Source: a virus. From it: a stretch of 64,000 nt of DNA. Positions 19,921-30,560 of this stretch are shown here, in pieces. The number at the start of each line of letters is the position of its first letter. The stretch's first letter is position 1. The notes under the pieces are model-generated. The model was not told where the DNA came from. It did no database searches and saw nothing but the letters and a program-made list of their open reading frames with translations. Where the stretch lies: the IMG/VR virus record IMGVR_UViG_3300042564_002580, positions 1 to 64,000 of that record. The stretch is one strand, 5' to 3'. The translations under genes and the position numbers were made by a program.

Positions 19921-20906
19921 TGAGCGATATTGATACTGACAGATCAATGCGTCTTAAATTAGCTATAGAAGAGATGCTTAAAGATATTGATATGAGCGGT
20001 GAAGAGTGGAATGATCGTGATAAAAACGGGATCCCATATTGGGAAAAAGGCGGGGAGGCCTAATAATGATAACAATACTAGCTATACTAATCACATGGTA
20101 TGCAACTAAACTATACTATACAAGATCATTTACCTTTGATATAGAACAATCTAATCTAATTAAGGCCACATGCCATAAATGTGCTCGAACAGGATATGTT
20201 CACCCAGAACATCTTCGTGCTCCATATTACTGCATCTCCTGTAAATAATGGATAAATTCGAATCATCTTGGAGCAAATTTGCCAAGGAATATGAGCCATA
20301 TAAGGTAGCATGTACTCAATGTAAGCAACTATATATCAAGCAAGATGATGACCCATTTATATGCCTTACATGCTCAGCAAGAAAGCTGTAGAAATTTAAG
20401 CAATTGGGTCCTTACCCATTATATCCCCCCTCCCTTTATCTCCCTTGTATCAGCCTCCTAGAGGCTTATTTAGTGGAGTATTGTGGAGTAAAGTGGAGAA
20501 TCATACTATCAATTTAGATCCAAATACTATCATTATATCTATCTAAACATACCTATGTAATGGAACCCTATCAATTAATGTTCGTAATGTCAATAGGGCC
20601 CATATAAAGCATATTGGCCAATATTTGTCAATAGCTTTCATATAAAATTCCAGGAAATTTTTTTATTTGGTCGTAAAGAGCAATTTTGGCCCATATTTAT
20701 GGCAAAAAATTCTGTCAGATTCTGCATTATTTGTCTCATATAATGAGATATTCTATGCACATTTTGACAGATTATATTAGATTTATTATACATTTTCCAG
20801 GGTTTTTTATATGTGATCGTAAAGAAGAAATTTGGCCCATAAGATGGGCATATAAAAATGGGACATATAGCTAATTAAAGCCATATGCCCCATAGGGGAA
20901 GTTATA

Positions 20907-21251
20907 TTAGAATGAATCTAAGTCCATTATGTATTTGCTATCTCTTACTCTTGTTTCTTTCAAGGAGTCTATTGTTAGGTTTCTATCCACCGCTCCATAT
21001 TTTGCTTCCAGCATATCATTGAGCGCATCTGCTAAAAGCAATCCTTCGGATGTATATCCTTTATCCCATTCTGACTTTAATCTAAGGGAATTGTATTGGA
21101 TAATGTATCTAACTAGTTCCATTAGCCTGTCTTGGGTGTACAAGGTATGTTCAGTTGTTAATACATTTGCCATTACGGCAGGGGAGAAGTTAGCATTGTT
21201 TAGATAGTCTGTTAGTTTTTCTGCTGCTTTGAATTCGTTCGCTTTAGCCAT
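20907..21251 (-). CDS. Hypothetical early-type protein
   Basis: SD ACGAAAGAGG, own TGTCAG promoter. Confidence 0.7.
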   Translation of the reverse strand: MAKANEFKAAEKLTDYLNNANFSPAVMANVLTTEHTLYTQDRLMELVRYIIQYNSLRLKSEWDKGYTSEGLLLADALNDMLEAKYGAVDRNLTIDSLKETRVRDSKYIMDLDSF

Positions 21252-21309
21252 TGAGTTCCACCTCTTTCGTTTTGATTATACCATTGGGCACTGACATTTG
21301 TAAATGAAG

Positions 21310-21339
21310 GGGGACCTGCCTCCGAAGAGGAAGGTCCCC
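21310..21339 (-). terminator. Terminator-like hairpin after mini-Lsr2
   Basis: GGGGACCT..CCTC CGAA GAGG..AGGTCCCC. Confidence 0.6.
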
Positions 21340-21350
21340 ACAGTTAGCTA

Positions 21351-21503
21351 TTACTTGACGTTCTTCTTGTCTGTGAAGACTACGCCTTCTTGTGCTGCCT
21401 TGCTGATAGCTCCTAGAGCTGCAGCTGAGAAGCGGCCACGCTTGCCCACAGAAATTCCCTGGGCCTTGAGGTACTCACGAGTTGTTGTTGGTGTTGATGT
21501 CAT
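21351..21503 (-). CDS. 50-aa Lsr2 C-terminal DNA-binding-domain-like peptide
   Basis: MTSTPTTTREYLKAQGISVGKRGRFSAAALGAI...; RGR AT-hook in Lsr2-like context; SD AGAAAGGA. Confidence 0.65.
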   Translation of the reverse strand: MTSTPTTTREYLKAQGISVGKRGRFSAAALGAISKAAQEGVVFTDKKNVK

Positions 21504-21660
21504 TTGGTTTGATCCTTTCTAGATCGAGTTGTTATATATATTATATCCGAATTTCGGGGATTTGTAAATAGGGGCCGTAAAGCAATATTTTTGCCCGTGC
21601 CCTTAGATTATGACCGTTATGTCTGAATTGTCCATAACGGCCCAACCTATCTTTATTTAG

Positions 21661-23337
21661 TTATACTTCTATTTCTTCGATGTTATATGGTTCAATCGTG
21701 TCATCAGTTGAAACTTCTGTCCAGCCCTCTACAGGAATACGAAGGGCTGATTCCCAAGCAAGGTCGTGAGACTCTGCATTAATGACTACAGAAAACTTCT
21801 GCGTTCGGTCCCCGTAGATTTTATAGTCTTGTCTCATAGTTCCACCTGTTCTATCTTATCTTTAATTAACTTAGCAATGATGTTGTGTGCCTCGATGTTT
21901 TCTGTTTCGGACCCACCCCACAAAAGTTTTTGGGCTGTAATAAGTTGATCGTTTAAGTACTTATCACTCATCTTCATCTTCGTCCTCCTCTTCTTCTTCA
22001 TCAGGGTCTACGATGTAATCCCTGCTCATCATCCAATCTAAAACTTCTTCTTGATGTTGCTCGGCGCCCCACTCTAGAGAGAAGCCCATACCAGCCTCTA
22101 CAGCCTCACACAGGTGGTCCCACATCTCGTCTTGGGTTGCCTTGGCAACATAGGTGTCATCGTCTAGGATGTTATTAATAGTTGACCATGTCCATAGCCA
22201 AACAAGCGATAGGCCAAGGTCGGTGGTGTCTAGAATTTCTAAACATTCATTTAGTTTATCTTTATCTTCAGGCTTCACCACGTGCTCCAATCGCAAATGA
22301 TAGTTGGTATGTTAGTTCATATAGTGCTACTAGGGCGTCAAGGTACCCTTCGCATTCAGTACGGACCATAGAGTCCATTGCTTCTTCTGATTCTTCTTCC
22401 CGTTCGATTGCGTCTGCTAGTTCCTGCTCGGCAATTAGCATTAGATTTTTTAGTTCACCGTGCATTATATCTAATCCACTAACACCTGCATTAACCAAAC
22501 GTTGCAAATGGGGCGGGAGCCCAAGGTCTTCCATAGTCATATCCATTAATATACCCTTTCGTTATTATTCATTATATCAGTTGCCACTGACAATAAATGT
22601 TCGGTTGCTTCAATTGCTCCTTGGAAGTAATCATCTGAAGGGTCATATTCATCATCCTTCAAAGGCTCCCCATTTTTAGTAGCCTCCCAATCTTGATTAA
22701 GACTAATTAGATGTAACTTCATATACTCTAGGAAATAAGATGATTTAGTCATTACTTAATTCCCTTCGTTTCAGCATAATGCTTAAGAGCCTTATTAATT
22801 AGTTCTCTGTTCTCTGCTTCTTCTTGTTCAACTTTTTGCTCATGTTCTCTAATTTTTTCTTCCATCTCAAGTTCGCTTTTAGCATTTTCCCATGCGCTAA
22901 CTAGCATAAGCATACCAAATATAACAGCAAAAACCATCCATATTTCCATTAGTCGAAATACCCTTCTGCCCATAGTCCTTGTAAGAAATCATGGGCGGTT
23001 ACTAGATAGTTATGAATAGCAGGATTCTCATCAGGATTAATCAACAAGTCAGCTTGATATACTCCATATGTCATATCTGCTAAATCTTTTTGTGTATAAC
23101 CTAGCATTATTTCTCCTCATCATATTCTAAATAGTATTGGTCGCCTGGATTTAAATCATAGAATAGATTAAATCTACCCTTTAAGTAATTGTTATCTGAC
23201 ATTTCTGCAAATCTAAAATCTGCAAACATTTGCCCTTCATCTAAATTAGAGTTGACCCAATCTTCGACAAGCATTTCTCCTATCTCAGAATATGTTGCGT
23301 CTATTACCATTTGATTTTCATTCTCTAGAAAACTCAT
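21661..23337 (-). CDS. Run of coupled small acidic hypothetical ORFs (21661-21837, 21834-21971, 21964-22278, 22268-22546, 22546-22752, 22752-22949, 22949-23107, 23107-23337)
   Basis: Stop/start overlaps and SD motifs throughout. Confidence 0.65.
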
Positions 23338-24077
23338 TCGGTTCCCACCTTTCTATATTCGGGTACTTTAGTTTCTAAGTATATAGCATGGGTCTGACAA
23401 ATTGCGACAGCATCTAGGTCAGCCTCTCCTAGCCAATTGCAATTGCCACAAATCTGACCGCAGTCATTGTCGCAATACTCCATTTGATTAGTTGCATCAC
23501 AATCACGACACATGTTGTCGTATTCTGATTCTGAGATAACTTCTCCACGGAGGAATTCCATTTCTCCACCCCAGCCTGTTTCTTCTTCATATGATAAAGT
23601 AAATAGTAATGTTGGGTATTGTGCAGATAGTTTAGATATAGCCCCAAGAGGTCGTGACCATGCAGTATTAAAGTTGTAATGGACTACATGATTTTCAGCG
23701 TTCTCATAATCTTCCATAGTTGTATCAGGATACTTATCATCCTCGGCTACAGCCACATCCCACTTAGTACCCCATTCACGGTTATTAAAGTTGTACCAGT
23801 CATTGGTCTCAAACTTCATCCAGTCGGCAAATGAAGAGTCGGCGGAACTAGGAGGTTGTCCATGATACTCAGTATCAGATACACCATGGTCTACATATGA
23901 ATAGATATTATGAAAAGCAAAGATAGGATTAACATACTTACGTTGCTTGATATTAAATGATAAATCACCATTAGATTGAACTGAATAAACAAATGGCTTA
24001 TTCATTTGCTTAATTAAAGATTTAACTTGGTCAGGATTTCCCTCAATAGTTAAACCGTTATATACCCAATTTGGCAT
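23334..24077 (-). CDS. DUF1281/YubB ferredoxin-like family protein with C-terminal Cys cluster
   Basis: MPNWVYN, WYNFNNREWGTKWD, FNTAWSRP; SD ACGAAAGGA before ATG 24077. Confidence 0.7.
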   Translation of the reverse strand: MPNWVYNGLTIEGNPDQVKSLIKQMNKPFVYSVQSNGDLSFNIKQRKYVNPIFAFHNIYSYVDHGVSDTEYHGQPPSSADSSFADWMKFETNDWYNFNNREWGTKWDVAVAEDDKYPDTTMEDYENAENHVVHYNFNTAWSRPLGAISKLSAQYPTLLFTLSYEEETGWGGEMEFLRGEVISESEYDNMCRDCDATNQMEYCDNDCGQICGNCNWLGEADLDAVAICQTHAIYLETKVPEYRKVGTE

Positions 24078-24254
24078 TTTATATCCTTTCGTTGATATGT
24101 GATAATTATACATTGGACCACTGACAAATGGAATAGGATTGGCATGTGATACATGCCACATGATTCAACTTTGTGGTCAAGATCACACAAATTCCAGAGA
24201 ATATAGTTGACAGTCGTAAAGACAATATGCTACCCTCAAGTCTTTGCGGGCAAT

Positions 24255-24282
24255 AGAAAACCCCCAGCTATGCTGGGGGTTA
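24255..24282 (-). terminator. Intrinsic terminator
   Basis: AACCCCCAGC-ATA-GCTGGGGGTT followed by T-rich tail on minus strand. Confidence 0.75.
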
Positions 24283-24405
24283 TGAATATGGCTGCTGATT
24301 TCCAACGAAAGAAATAAACCGCTTTACTTAGCGCCTGGCCCTAAAGACTAATAGACGCACCATTTCATTTCTATATTAAAACCAGGACCAAGGTCCTAGG
24401 TCTAA

Positions 24406-25320
24406 TTATACCATAACTAGTCGACTGTATTTATCTACAAATGACGCCAAGGATGATGTGAACACTACCGTGCTCAGGTCCTCTTCGTACAATGTAAACG
24501 TTTCGTTGGTCCAGTCAATTACGGGCACCTTATGTTCGTTGTCCCCTAGTTGGTTAACATAAATTCCCCAGCCTGTTGTCTGAGTCCAGTCTTCTCCAAT
24601 TAGATTAGATATAGCAATACGTGTTGCATATGACTCGTCTTGCCAACGAGTTTCTGCAGCCTGCACAGCATTTGCTAATTTGGCTAGCATATTATGTCCA
24701 GCCCAGTGTCCATATAGAAATACTACATTTTCCTTGGAATCTCTGAATCCAAAGTTTGCTCTGTCTCCCATTTTATTCTGCTTTCGTTAGTAGTTGATTT
24801 TCCTCGTAGTTGAGTAATTGTACCATTTCATGGGCCCAGTCCACAAGAGACTCGCCCTGTTTATTTTTATGGTGGCCGCAGAAGTAAAGAGAAAATGAAT
24901 CTTTCTTTGCTTCCCACATAGCCTGAGCTGCACACTGGTCACACTTAAGCCATTCAGCCATCACAGTTTGCCACCTTCGATCATCTCAGATAGACGGTCA
25001 AGAATCCAAGAATCGATATCATTAATATCAATCTCTGATAACTTTTCCATGATTTCATCACGAGCAAACTTGTAACCATCTGCCCAACCATCTTTATACT
25101 CTGACATAATCTCTCCTTAATAACCTGTGGTTTCGTGGTCTGATACATAAGATTCAGTTAAGTTGTACTTATCTCTAAGCCTACTTACTTTCTCAATACT
25201 ACCAGTTCCGATGTTGAATGTCAACGCAGACATTGCTTGTGGGTCAAGTCCCGTTATCTCTGCATCCCAATACGCTCTCTGCATAGAGAGCATATCAGGA
25301 GCGGTAAGTTCAAAGTACAT
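24406..25320 (-). CDS. Four small hypothetical ORFs (24406-24771, 24773-24964, 24961-25107, 25117-25320)
   Basis: MGDRANF..FLYGHWAG; CDQC..FCGHH zinc motif; coupled starts. Confidence 0.65.
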
Positions 25321-25967
25321 TAGTTCTCCCTTACATTACATACCTCAGTGTCAACAATTTCAATGTTGCCATTTTGTGAATCAACATAAAGATTGTCGTA
25401 GATTTCTTGTTCTACATCTGTATCTGAATCAGCAAGTAAATCTAACTGAATAGTTCCGCTAACTTCAATTGTTGCAGACCACTCAACTTCTCTAGTTAAC
25501 TCAATCTCAAGGGCTTCGGCAATTAAACGAAGTGTTTCTTGGTCATCTGAATCGCTATAGGCTTCAACAATAATATCTTTAACTGAAGCAATCTTATTTG
25601 TTAAGACTGAAGCAATTTTAGAGTTAGTCCGTGAGTTATGTAGTTCCCATTCAATGTTGCGAACCTTGTCGGTTGCATATTCAGGGTCAGAGTAATTGCT
25701 TACAATCTTATAGGTAACCAATAGGTCAGGGTTATATTCTACTGCAGGTGATACTGTTGTTTCCATTTGCTCCTCTTTCGTTGTTGTTGGTGTAATTGTA
25801 GCATGCTCCACTGACAATAAGGTAGTCTTACGTCCGCAAGGGCATGTGAGTTCTGTCACACCTGATGGGAATCCAAACCCGTCAGATGATGTTAGTTCTA
25901 TTAATGAATCGCATTCATCTGGGTCACAGACAAAGGTGTACTTACTTGATACTAGTTCGTTGGTCAT
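25320..25967 (-). CDS. Hypothetical protein with two in-frame starts (25967 leaderless; 25766 with SD)
   Basis: Promoter 7 nt before ATG 25967; second promoter plus ACGAAAGAGGAG before ATG 25766. Confidence 0.65.
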   Translation of the reverse strand: MTNELVSSKYTFVCDPDECDSLIELTSSDGFGFPSGVTELTCPCGRKTTLLSVEHATITPTTTKEEQMETTVSPAVEYNPDLLVTYKIVSNYSDPEYATDKVRNIEWELHNSRTNSKIASVLTNKIASVKDIIVEAYSDSDDQETLRLIAEALEIELTREVEWSATIEVSGTIQLDLLADSDTDVEQEIYDNLYVDSQNGNIEIVDTEVCNVREN

Positions 25968-26068
25968 AAAGAGAATTGTACCAGGTCCCACTGACATTAT
26001 CAAGGATTTCCAGGGAATTTAAATGTGAGTCGTAACACACTTTTTGCCCCCTTAGCATTGAGGGCGCT

Positions 26069-26145
26069 TGGCGATCCATAACGGACTTGAACCGTCGACC
26101 TCTACCGTGACAGGGTAGCGCTCTAACCAACTGAGCTAATGGACC
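26069..26145 (-). tRNA. tRNA-Asp(GTC)
   Basis: GGTCCATTAGCTCAGTTGGTTAGAGCG CTACC-CTGTCAC-GGTAG ...GGTTCAAGTCC..ATGGATCG-CCA. Confidence 0.95.
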
Positions 26146-26158
26146 TGGAAAAAATTGT

Positions 26159-26185
26159 GAGCAGTTTTTATTCATGCTCAGGAAT
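26159..26185 (-). ncRNA. Putative 27-nt H-type pseudoknot, copy 1
   Basis: ATTC-CTGAGCAT-GAAT-AAAAAC-TGCTC. Confidence 0.55.
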
Positions 26186-26193
26186 TTATTTAT

Positions 26194-27201
26194 TTAGAAC
26201 GCAGAAACTAATTTTTTAATTTTATTTTTTTCTGCGGTTAGAATTGGGTCAAAGCCTGATGCACCCGCCATAAGTGTTTCAGAATTGCCACGACCTGAAC
26301 GATAGTAATCAAGGCGTTCAGTAAGTGCGTTGAATGCGCCCCACTTTGTTCCCTTGATATTAGCATTGGTTGGTGAGTTATGGTACAACTCATCAAGGAG
26401 CACGACTTTGTTTTCCCACTTAGTCAATGCAACTTTAGCAGCATCCTTATCTGGCTTAGGATAAATTGTCTGAATCAACTTTGAGAATTCAGCATCAGTG
26501 ATTGATTGAGAATAAAGAGCCTGAGCCTCTTTCTCAAATTCATCAAAGTAACCAAGAGCAAGCCCAAGAGTTTCACGAGCAACTTGGATGCGACCTTCAA
26601 CAGATTGCGTGTGGCGAATCTTGAAAGATTGCTTAGCATTCTTCATTGCAAGGTTAAGAGTGTTTTGGCATACAACACGAACAGGAGTAACAGCAGCCTG
26701 AACAGCAACTGACCCGTCATGAGATGTCCAAACAATTAGATACAACTTAGTTGCATCATTTGCGCCTTGTGGGTCAAGCACCATTGTGCGAGGAATATCC
26801 ACTGTACCGAATACAACCTTACCGCTACGAAGTGAGCCAGCAGATTCCCAACGGCAATCAGCATTAGCATCATGAATTGCATCAGCGAATGCGAATAGTT
26901 CCTCATTCTGCACAGGCTTGTAACGCTTTCCAACAGTTGCAAGCACATCAGTGCCATTGTTGAATGGGTTATCACGAATAACCAATTGAGCATTAGATAC
27001 ATCATTCCATGTATCTGAGATATGGTCAGTTAGTGGAGACAAGCGAACATTCCAATTGGAAAGTTTTGCCTCATCTAACATCATTTGAGTTGTAACATCT
27101 TCATCTTGTGTAAAGATGCGATTTGCAAGGTTGTGCCATGCAGGTGCGCCACGAAGTGCGAATGCAACTTCGCCATTTTCCATTTCTAGATTATGAGCCA
27201 T
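26194..27201 (-). CDS. DUF932 family phage/plasmid-like protein
   Basis: PAWHNL, YKPVQN, ESAGSL..G, SHDGS, PVRVVCQNTL, RHT, GTKWGAFNA. Confidence 0.85.
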   Translation of the reverse strand: MAHNLEMENGEVAFALRGAPAWHNLANRIFTQDEDVTTQMMLDEAKLSNWNVRLSPLTDHISDTWNDVSNAQLVIRDNPFNNGTDVLATVGKRYKPVQNEELFAFADAIHDANADCRWESAGSLRSGKVVFGTVDIPRTMVLDPQGANDATKLYLIVWTSHDGSVAVQAAVTPVRVVCQNTLNLAMKNAKQSFKIRHTQSVEGRIQVARETLGLALGYFDEFEKEAQALYSQSITDAEFSKLIQTIYPKPDKDAAKVALTKWENKVVLLDELYHNSPTNANIKGTKWGAFNALTERLDYYRSGRGNSETLMAGASGFDPILTAEKNKIKKLVSAF

Positions 27202-27400
27202 TTTTTACCTTTCGTTTGTTTGATTAGTTGTAAGTATAACAGATGCCACTGACATTGTCTATGATTAGTTACAATATGTCCGAATTGATCCATGTGATTA
27301 ATCTCACAAAATTCCAGGGTTATCCACAAGTGGTCGTAACCCTGTGGATAACCCCTTAGCTTTGCGGGCCAGCTGCACATATGCAGCCAGTGTTAGATCT

Positions 27401-27655
27401 TTACAGACCTAACTCATCCCTAGTCAATTGATTCTTGCGGTTAAAGTTTACAACTTCGGACGGGAGGTAAAGAGCAGTCGTTTTAGTCTTCTTTAAAGTA
27501 TCATAGACATAAGCACGAACATTACCAAAGAAGTTACGTCGATTAGAAAATACTAATTCAGTTAAGTACTCTTTATCAACACCTTGCTCAGAATAGATTG
27601 TTAAATCATTTAACTTGTTTTCATCATAAATTTCTACACGAAATCTATTTTTCAT
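27401..27655 (-). CDS. Hypothetical protein
   Basis: ORF with SD AAAGG. Confidence 0.6.
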   Translation of the reverse strand: MKNRFRVEIYDENKLNDLTIYSEQGVDKEYLTELVFSNRRNFFGNVRAYVYDTLKKTKTTALYLPSEVVNFNRKNQLTRDELGL

Positions 27656-27690
27656 TTTATTACCTTTGTTAGTAGTTGTCCCCGAAGGGA

Positions 27691-27717
27691 GAGCAGTTTG
27701 GCGACTTACTCAGGTCG
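27691..27717 (-). ncRNA. Putative 27-nt H-type pseudoknot, copy 2
   Basis: CGAC-CTGAGTAA-GTCG-CCAAAC-TGCTC. Confidence 0.55.
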
Positions 27718-27751
27718 TTCGCAATTTATCGTTATGCGAGAACGATTTTAT

Positions 27752-28174
27752 TTACAGATAACGAGCAATAGCATTGTAAGTGCTTGTGCTTACTGTTTCC
27801 TCATCTGTCATCTTTAGAATACGAATTGCGTTTTCCAATTCCTCTTTTATCTCATTGTATGAGTGGCGGTGGAGAACTTCGTAGTCCTTCTCAGGCTCTT
27901 TAGGAAAGTCTGACTCATTAACTGTTAAATCAAAATCAACATTAAGTGTCTTGTTCCATTGACGATAGTTTGTGCGTAGGTTTTCTGCCTTAGCAAAATT
28001 AGCCATAGCAAACTTTGCTACTTCTTTGCGCCACTTTTCTAAAGCCTTTTCGTGCTTTGCTTCGTTGGCTTCTTGTGATGCGTAATCGGCATTTAACTTT
28101 GTCAAGCGAGTTTCTAGTGCCTTGATTACCTTTGGTGTTGCTATCTTTACGCTAATTGCTTTCTGTCGTGCCAT
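27752..28174 (-). CDS. Hypothetical basic/coiled-coil protein
   Basis: Own TGTCAG promoter and SD ACGAAAGAAGGA. Confidence 0.7.
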   Translation of the reverse strand: MARQKAISVKIATPKVIKALETRLTKLNADYASQEANEAKHEKALEKWRKEVAKFAMANFAKAENLRTNYRQWNKTLNVDFDLTVNESDFPKEPEKDYEVLHRHSYNEIKEELENAIRILKMTDEETVSTSTYNAIARYL

Positions 28175-28260
28175 TTGTTTCCTTCTTTCGTTGTTGGTTG
28201 GTTTGGTTGAGTAATTATAGCAGGGAGGTCTGACATTTCTGCGACCCCCCTGCCTTTAGA

Positions 28261-30328
28261 TTATACGCCTAGTAGTGTTTGAGCAGATACTGAAGTCCAG
28301 CGAGTTTCTTTCGTTGGGAGTTCTAGTAGCACACGCACCGAGCCAGATGTTTGTGGGTGGATTTCCTTAATCACACCTGTCTTTTTTGACTTTAGGGTGG
28401 TGAATAAATCGCCAACCTTGTAAGTGTATCCATTTACTGTCATTTATTGCCTCTTTTCTTTGTTAGGGTTGTAGTATAGCATTGGGGTCTGACATTAGTC
28501 TAGCCCTATCTCATTATTTGAGAAAGTTATTGTGTGACCTTAGTCACTTTCAGGTAGCCAAGCGTCTAAGTGGTGCTGTTCGATAATAGCCCACGCGGGC
28601 GCATGAGAGTCACCCTTATAAGATACGCCTTCAGGCATTTCGATCAACTTATTATAATCCTCATCATAGTAGGCATCAATAGCATCAATGCAAGGTTGCA
28701 CCATAGAAAGCGGAACGGGTGGGTAATGATTACCCTGTAAGTGATAACCTAGTGCTACCTCTAAATCTAATTCAGTTAAATCTAATGCTGTATTGTATCC
28801 CATTATTCTGCCACCTTAAGAATTGCGTAGGAACCACGCTCATTTATTTTATCAAGTGTTGTCTTAAGAGCAGGCGCAATTAAATCCTTTAGCATAGACT
28901 CAAGAATTAAAATCTGTGAGCCTTCGTCTAATTGTAAAAATTGCTTTGCTATTGGATGTTCCTCATCAAACTCAGTTACAAATCGGAGAGAGTGTTCTAC
29001 TTTAGTCATTTATTGCCTTTCGTTGTTGGTATAAGAGTATTATAGCCTATCCCACTGACAAATTGTGCAACACGCCCAAGCTTTATCTAATTTATTTTGT
29101 GATTAATCTCACAAATTCCAGGGGGTTGTGGATAACTGCCGTAAGCCTGTGGATAACCCCGCAGTATTGCGGGCCTGCATAGCTATGCATTACTCTGCAT
29201 ATTTATTTTTATGTTTGATCTTTCTAAAATATTTTTTCTTATTGCGAACAGGTTGCGCCGCATTACTGCGACGCAATTCCTGAATTCGCTTTACTTTATC
29301 TCGAAGTGAATTTTGGGACATGATACCCACTCGCTTCATGAAATCTATTTACATCAAATCGTTCATTATCTTTTGCGAACATTTCCGCAAAATCATTTAC
29401 CATTTTAGAAAATAGTGCTGGGTGTGCTTTATCGCTTGCGAACTTTAAAATTTCTGCTACTGCGACATAATCTTTTCGTGTCATCATTTAACTGATACCA
29501 TTCCTGTTCTGTAGAAAACTTTTGTATAGCATTTGCCTGTTGGCGTGTAAATATTTACAGTTGAGTATTCGTTAGCAAATCCCCAATCGGTGAATAAGAA
29601 AAAGTTTTCCCAAGCACCAAATTCGCTTTCGTATTCTGCTGACCAATGAGGAGCGTGTCCGTCATAAGCACAAGTTAATTTATACATTAGTCATTTTCTC
29701 CGTTCCAAAATAGTGAGCCGTCATCTACGCAAGCGCAAGGCTCGCAATCAAAATCATTATCATTACCAAAAAAGATTACTCCGTGTCCGTGGCAATCTTG
29801 GCAATCTATTGTTAATACTGAGTTAATCATTAGTGTTGTTCCTCGCAATCTTTGTCATAGTCAAATCCGCAAAAGTAGCAACCCATAAATTCTAGGTGTT
29901 CGATACAGTAATACTTAAATTGACTTTCATCACAACAAAAATGTTGCTCGTCTGCGATTTCATAGAAATCGGTTTTGTCGATTATGTTTAACATAGTTTT
30001 CCTTTCGTTTGTTTATTTAGTTATTGTATCAGTTAGCACTGACAAATTTTGCGAGGGTTCTTACTTACGACATTGGGCGAGGACTCCCTCTAAACTGCCC
30101 CTGTTTCGATTTTATTTAATCGGAAGTTTTTACGGCTAAATAGCGGTAAGTATCTTTTAGATTTAGCGGTGCAGAATAAATTGGGCGTACCTGCACTTTG
30201 TAAGTATCTGCATTTGCATACCAGACACTATCATTTTTTTCTGCTGAGATAATTTCTCCAGTAAGAGAATTTGAGCGATACATTTTTCCTACAAGTAGGC
30301 TTTCGATAGTATAGACATTTGCTGACAT
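28261..30328 (-). CDS. Small hypothetical ORFs (28261-28443, 28540-28803, 28803-29009, 29190-29321, 29296-29487, 29484-29687, 29687-29830, 29830-29994, 30116-30328)
   Basis: Coupled ORFs behind TGTCAG promoters with ACGAAAGG-type SD. Confidence 0.65.
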
Positions 30329-30560
30329 TTGAGTCCGCCTTTCGTTGTTGTTATGTATGGAATTATACACGAACCCACTGACATAATCTAATTACTAGCG
30401 AGTAATTCCACATTTTGAGACGCTCAACTCATGTGATAAAAATCACAAAATCTCGGGCGTGTCGTAAATTCCAGGGGGTTGTGGATAAGTCCCGTAAGCC
30501 TGTGGATAACCCCGCTCTTTTGCGGGCGCATCAACTTTTGTCAAGTAGACACGCCGTTGC

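Noticed and set aside
27691-27717. CGCCAAACTGC resembling the fluoride riboswitch
   Set aside because: Lacks the 5' GGCGATG and 3' GCTGATG elements
30069-30101. Possible third pseudoknot copy (TGGGCGAG..AAACTGCCC)
   Set aside because: On the opposite strand to local transcription and no clean stem 1; not counted
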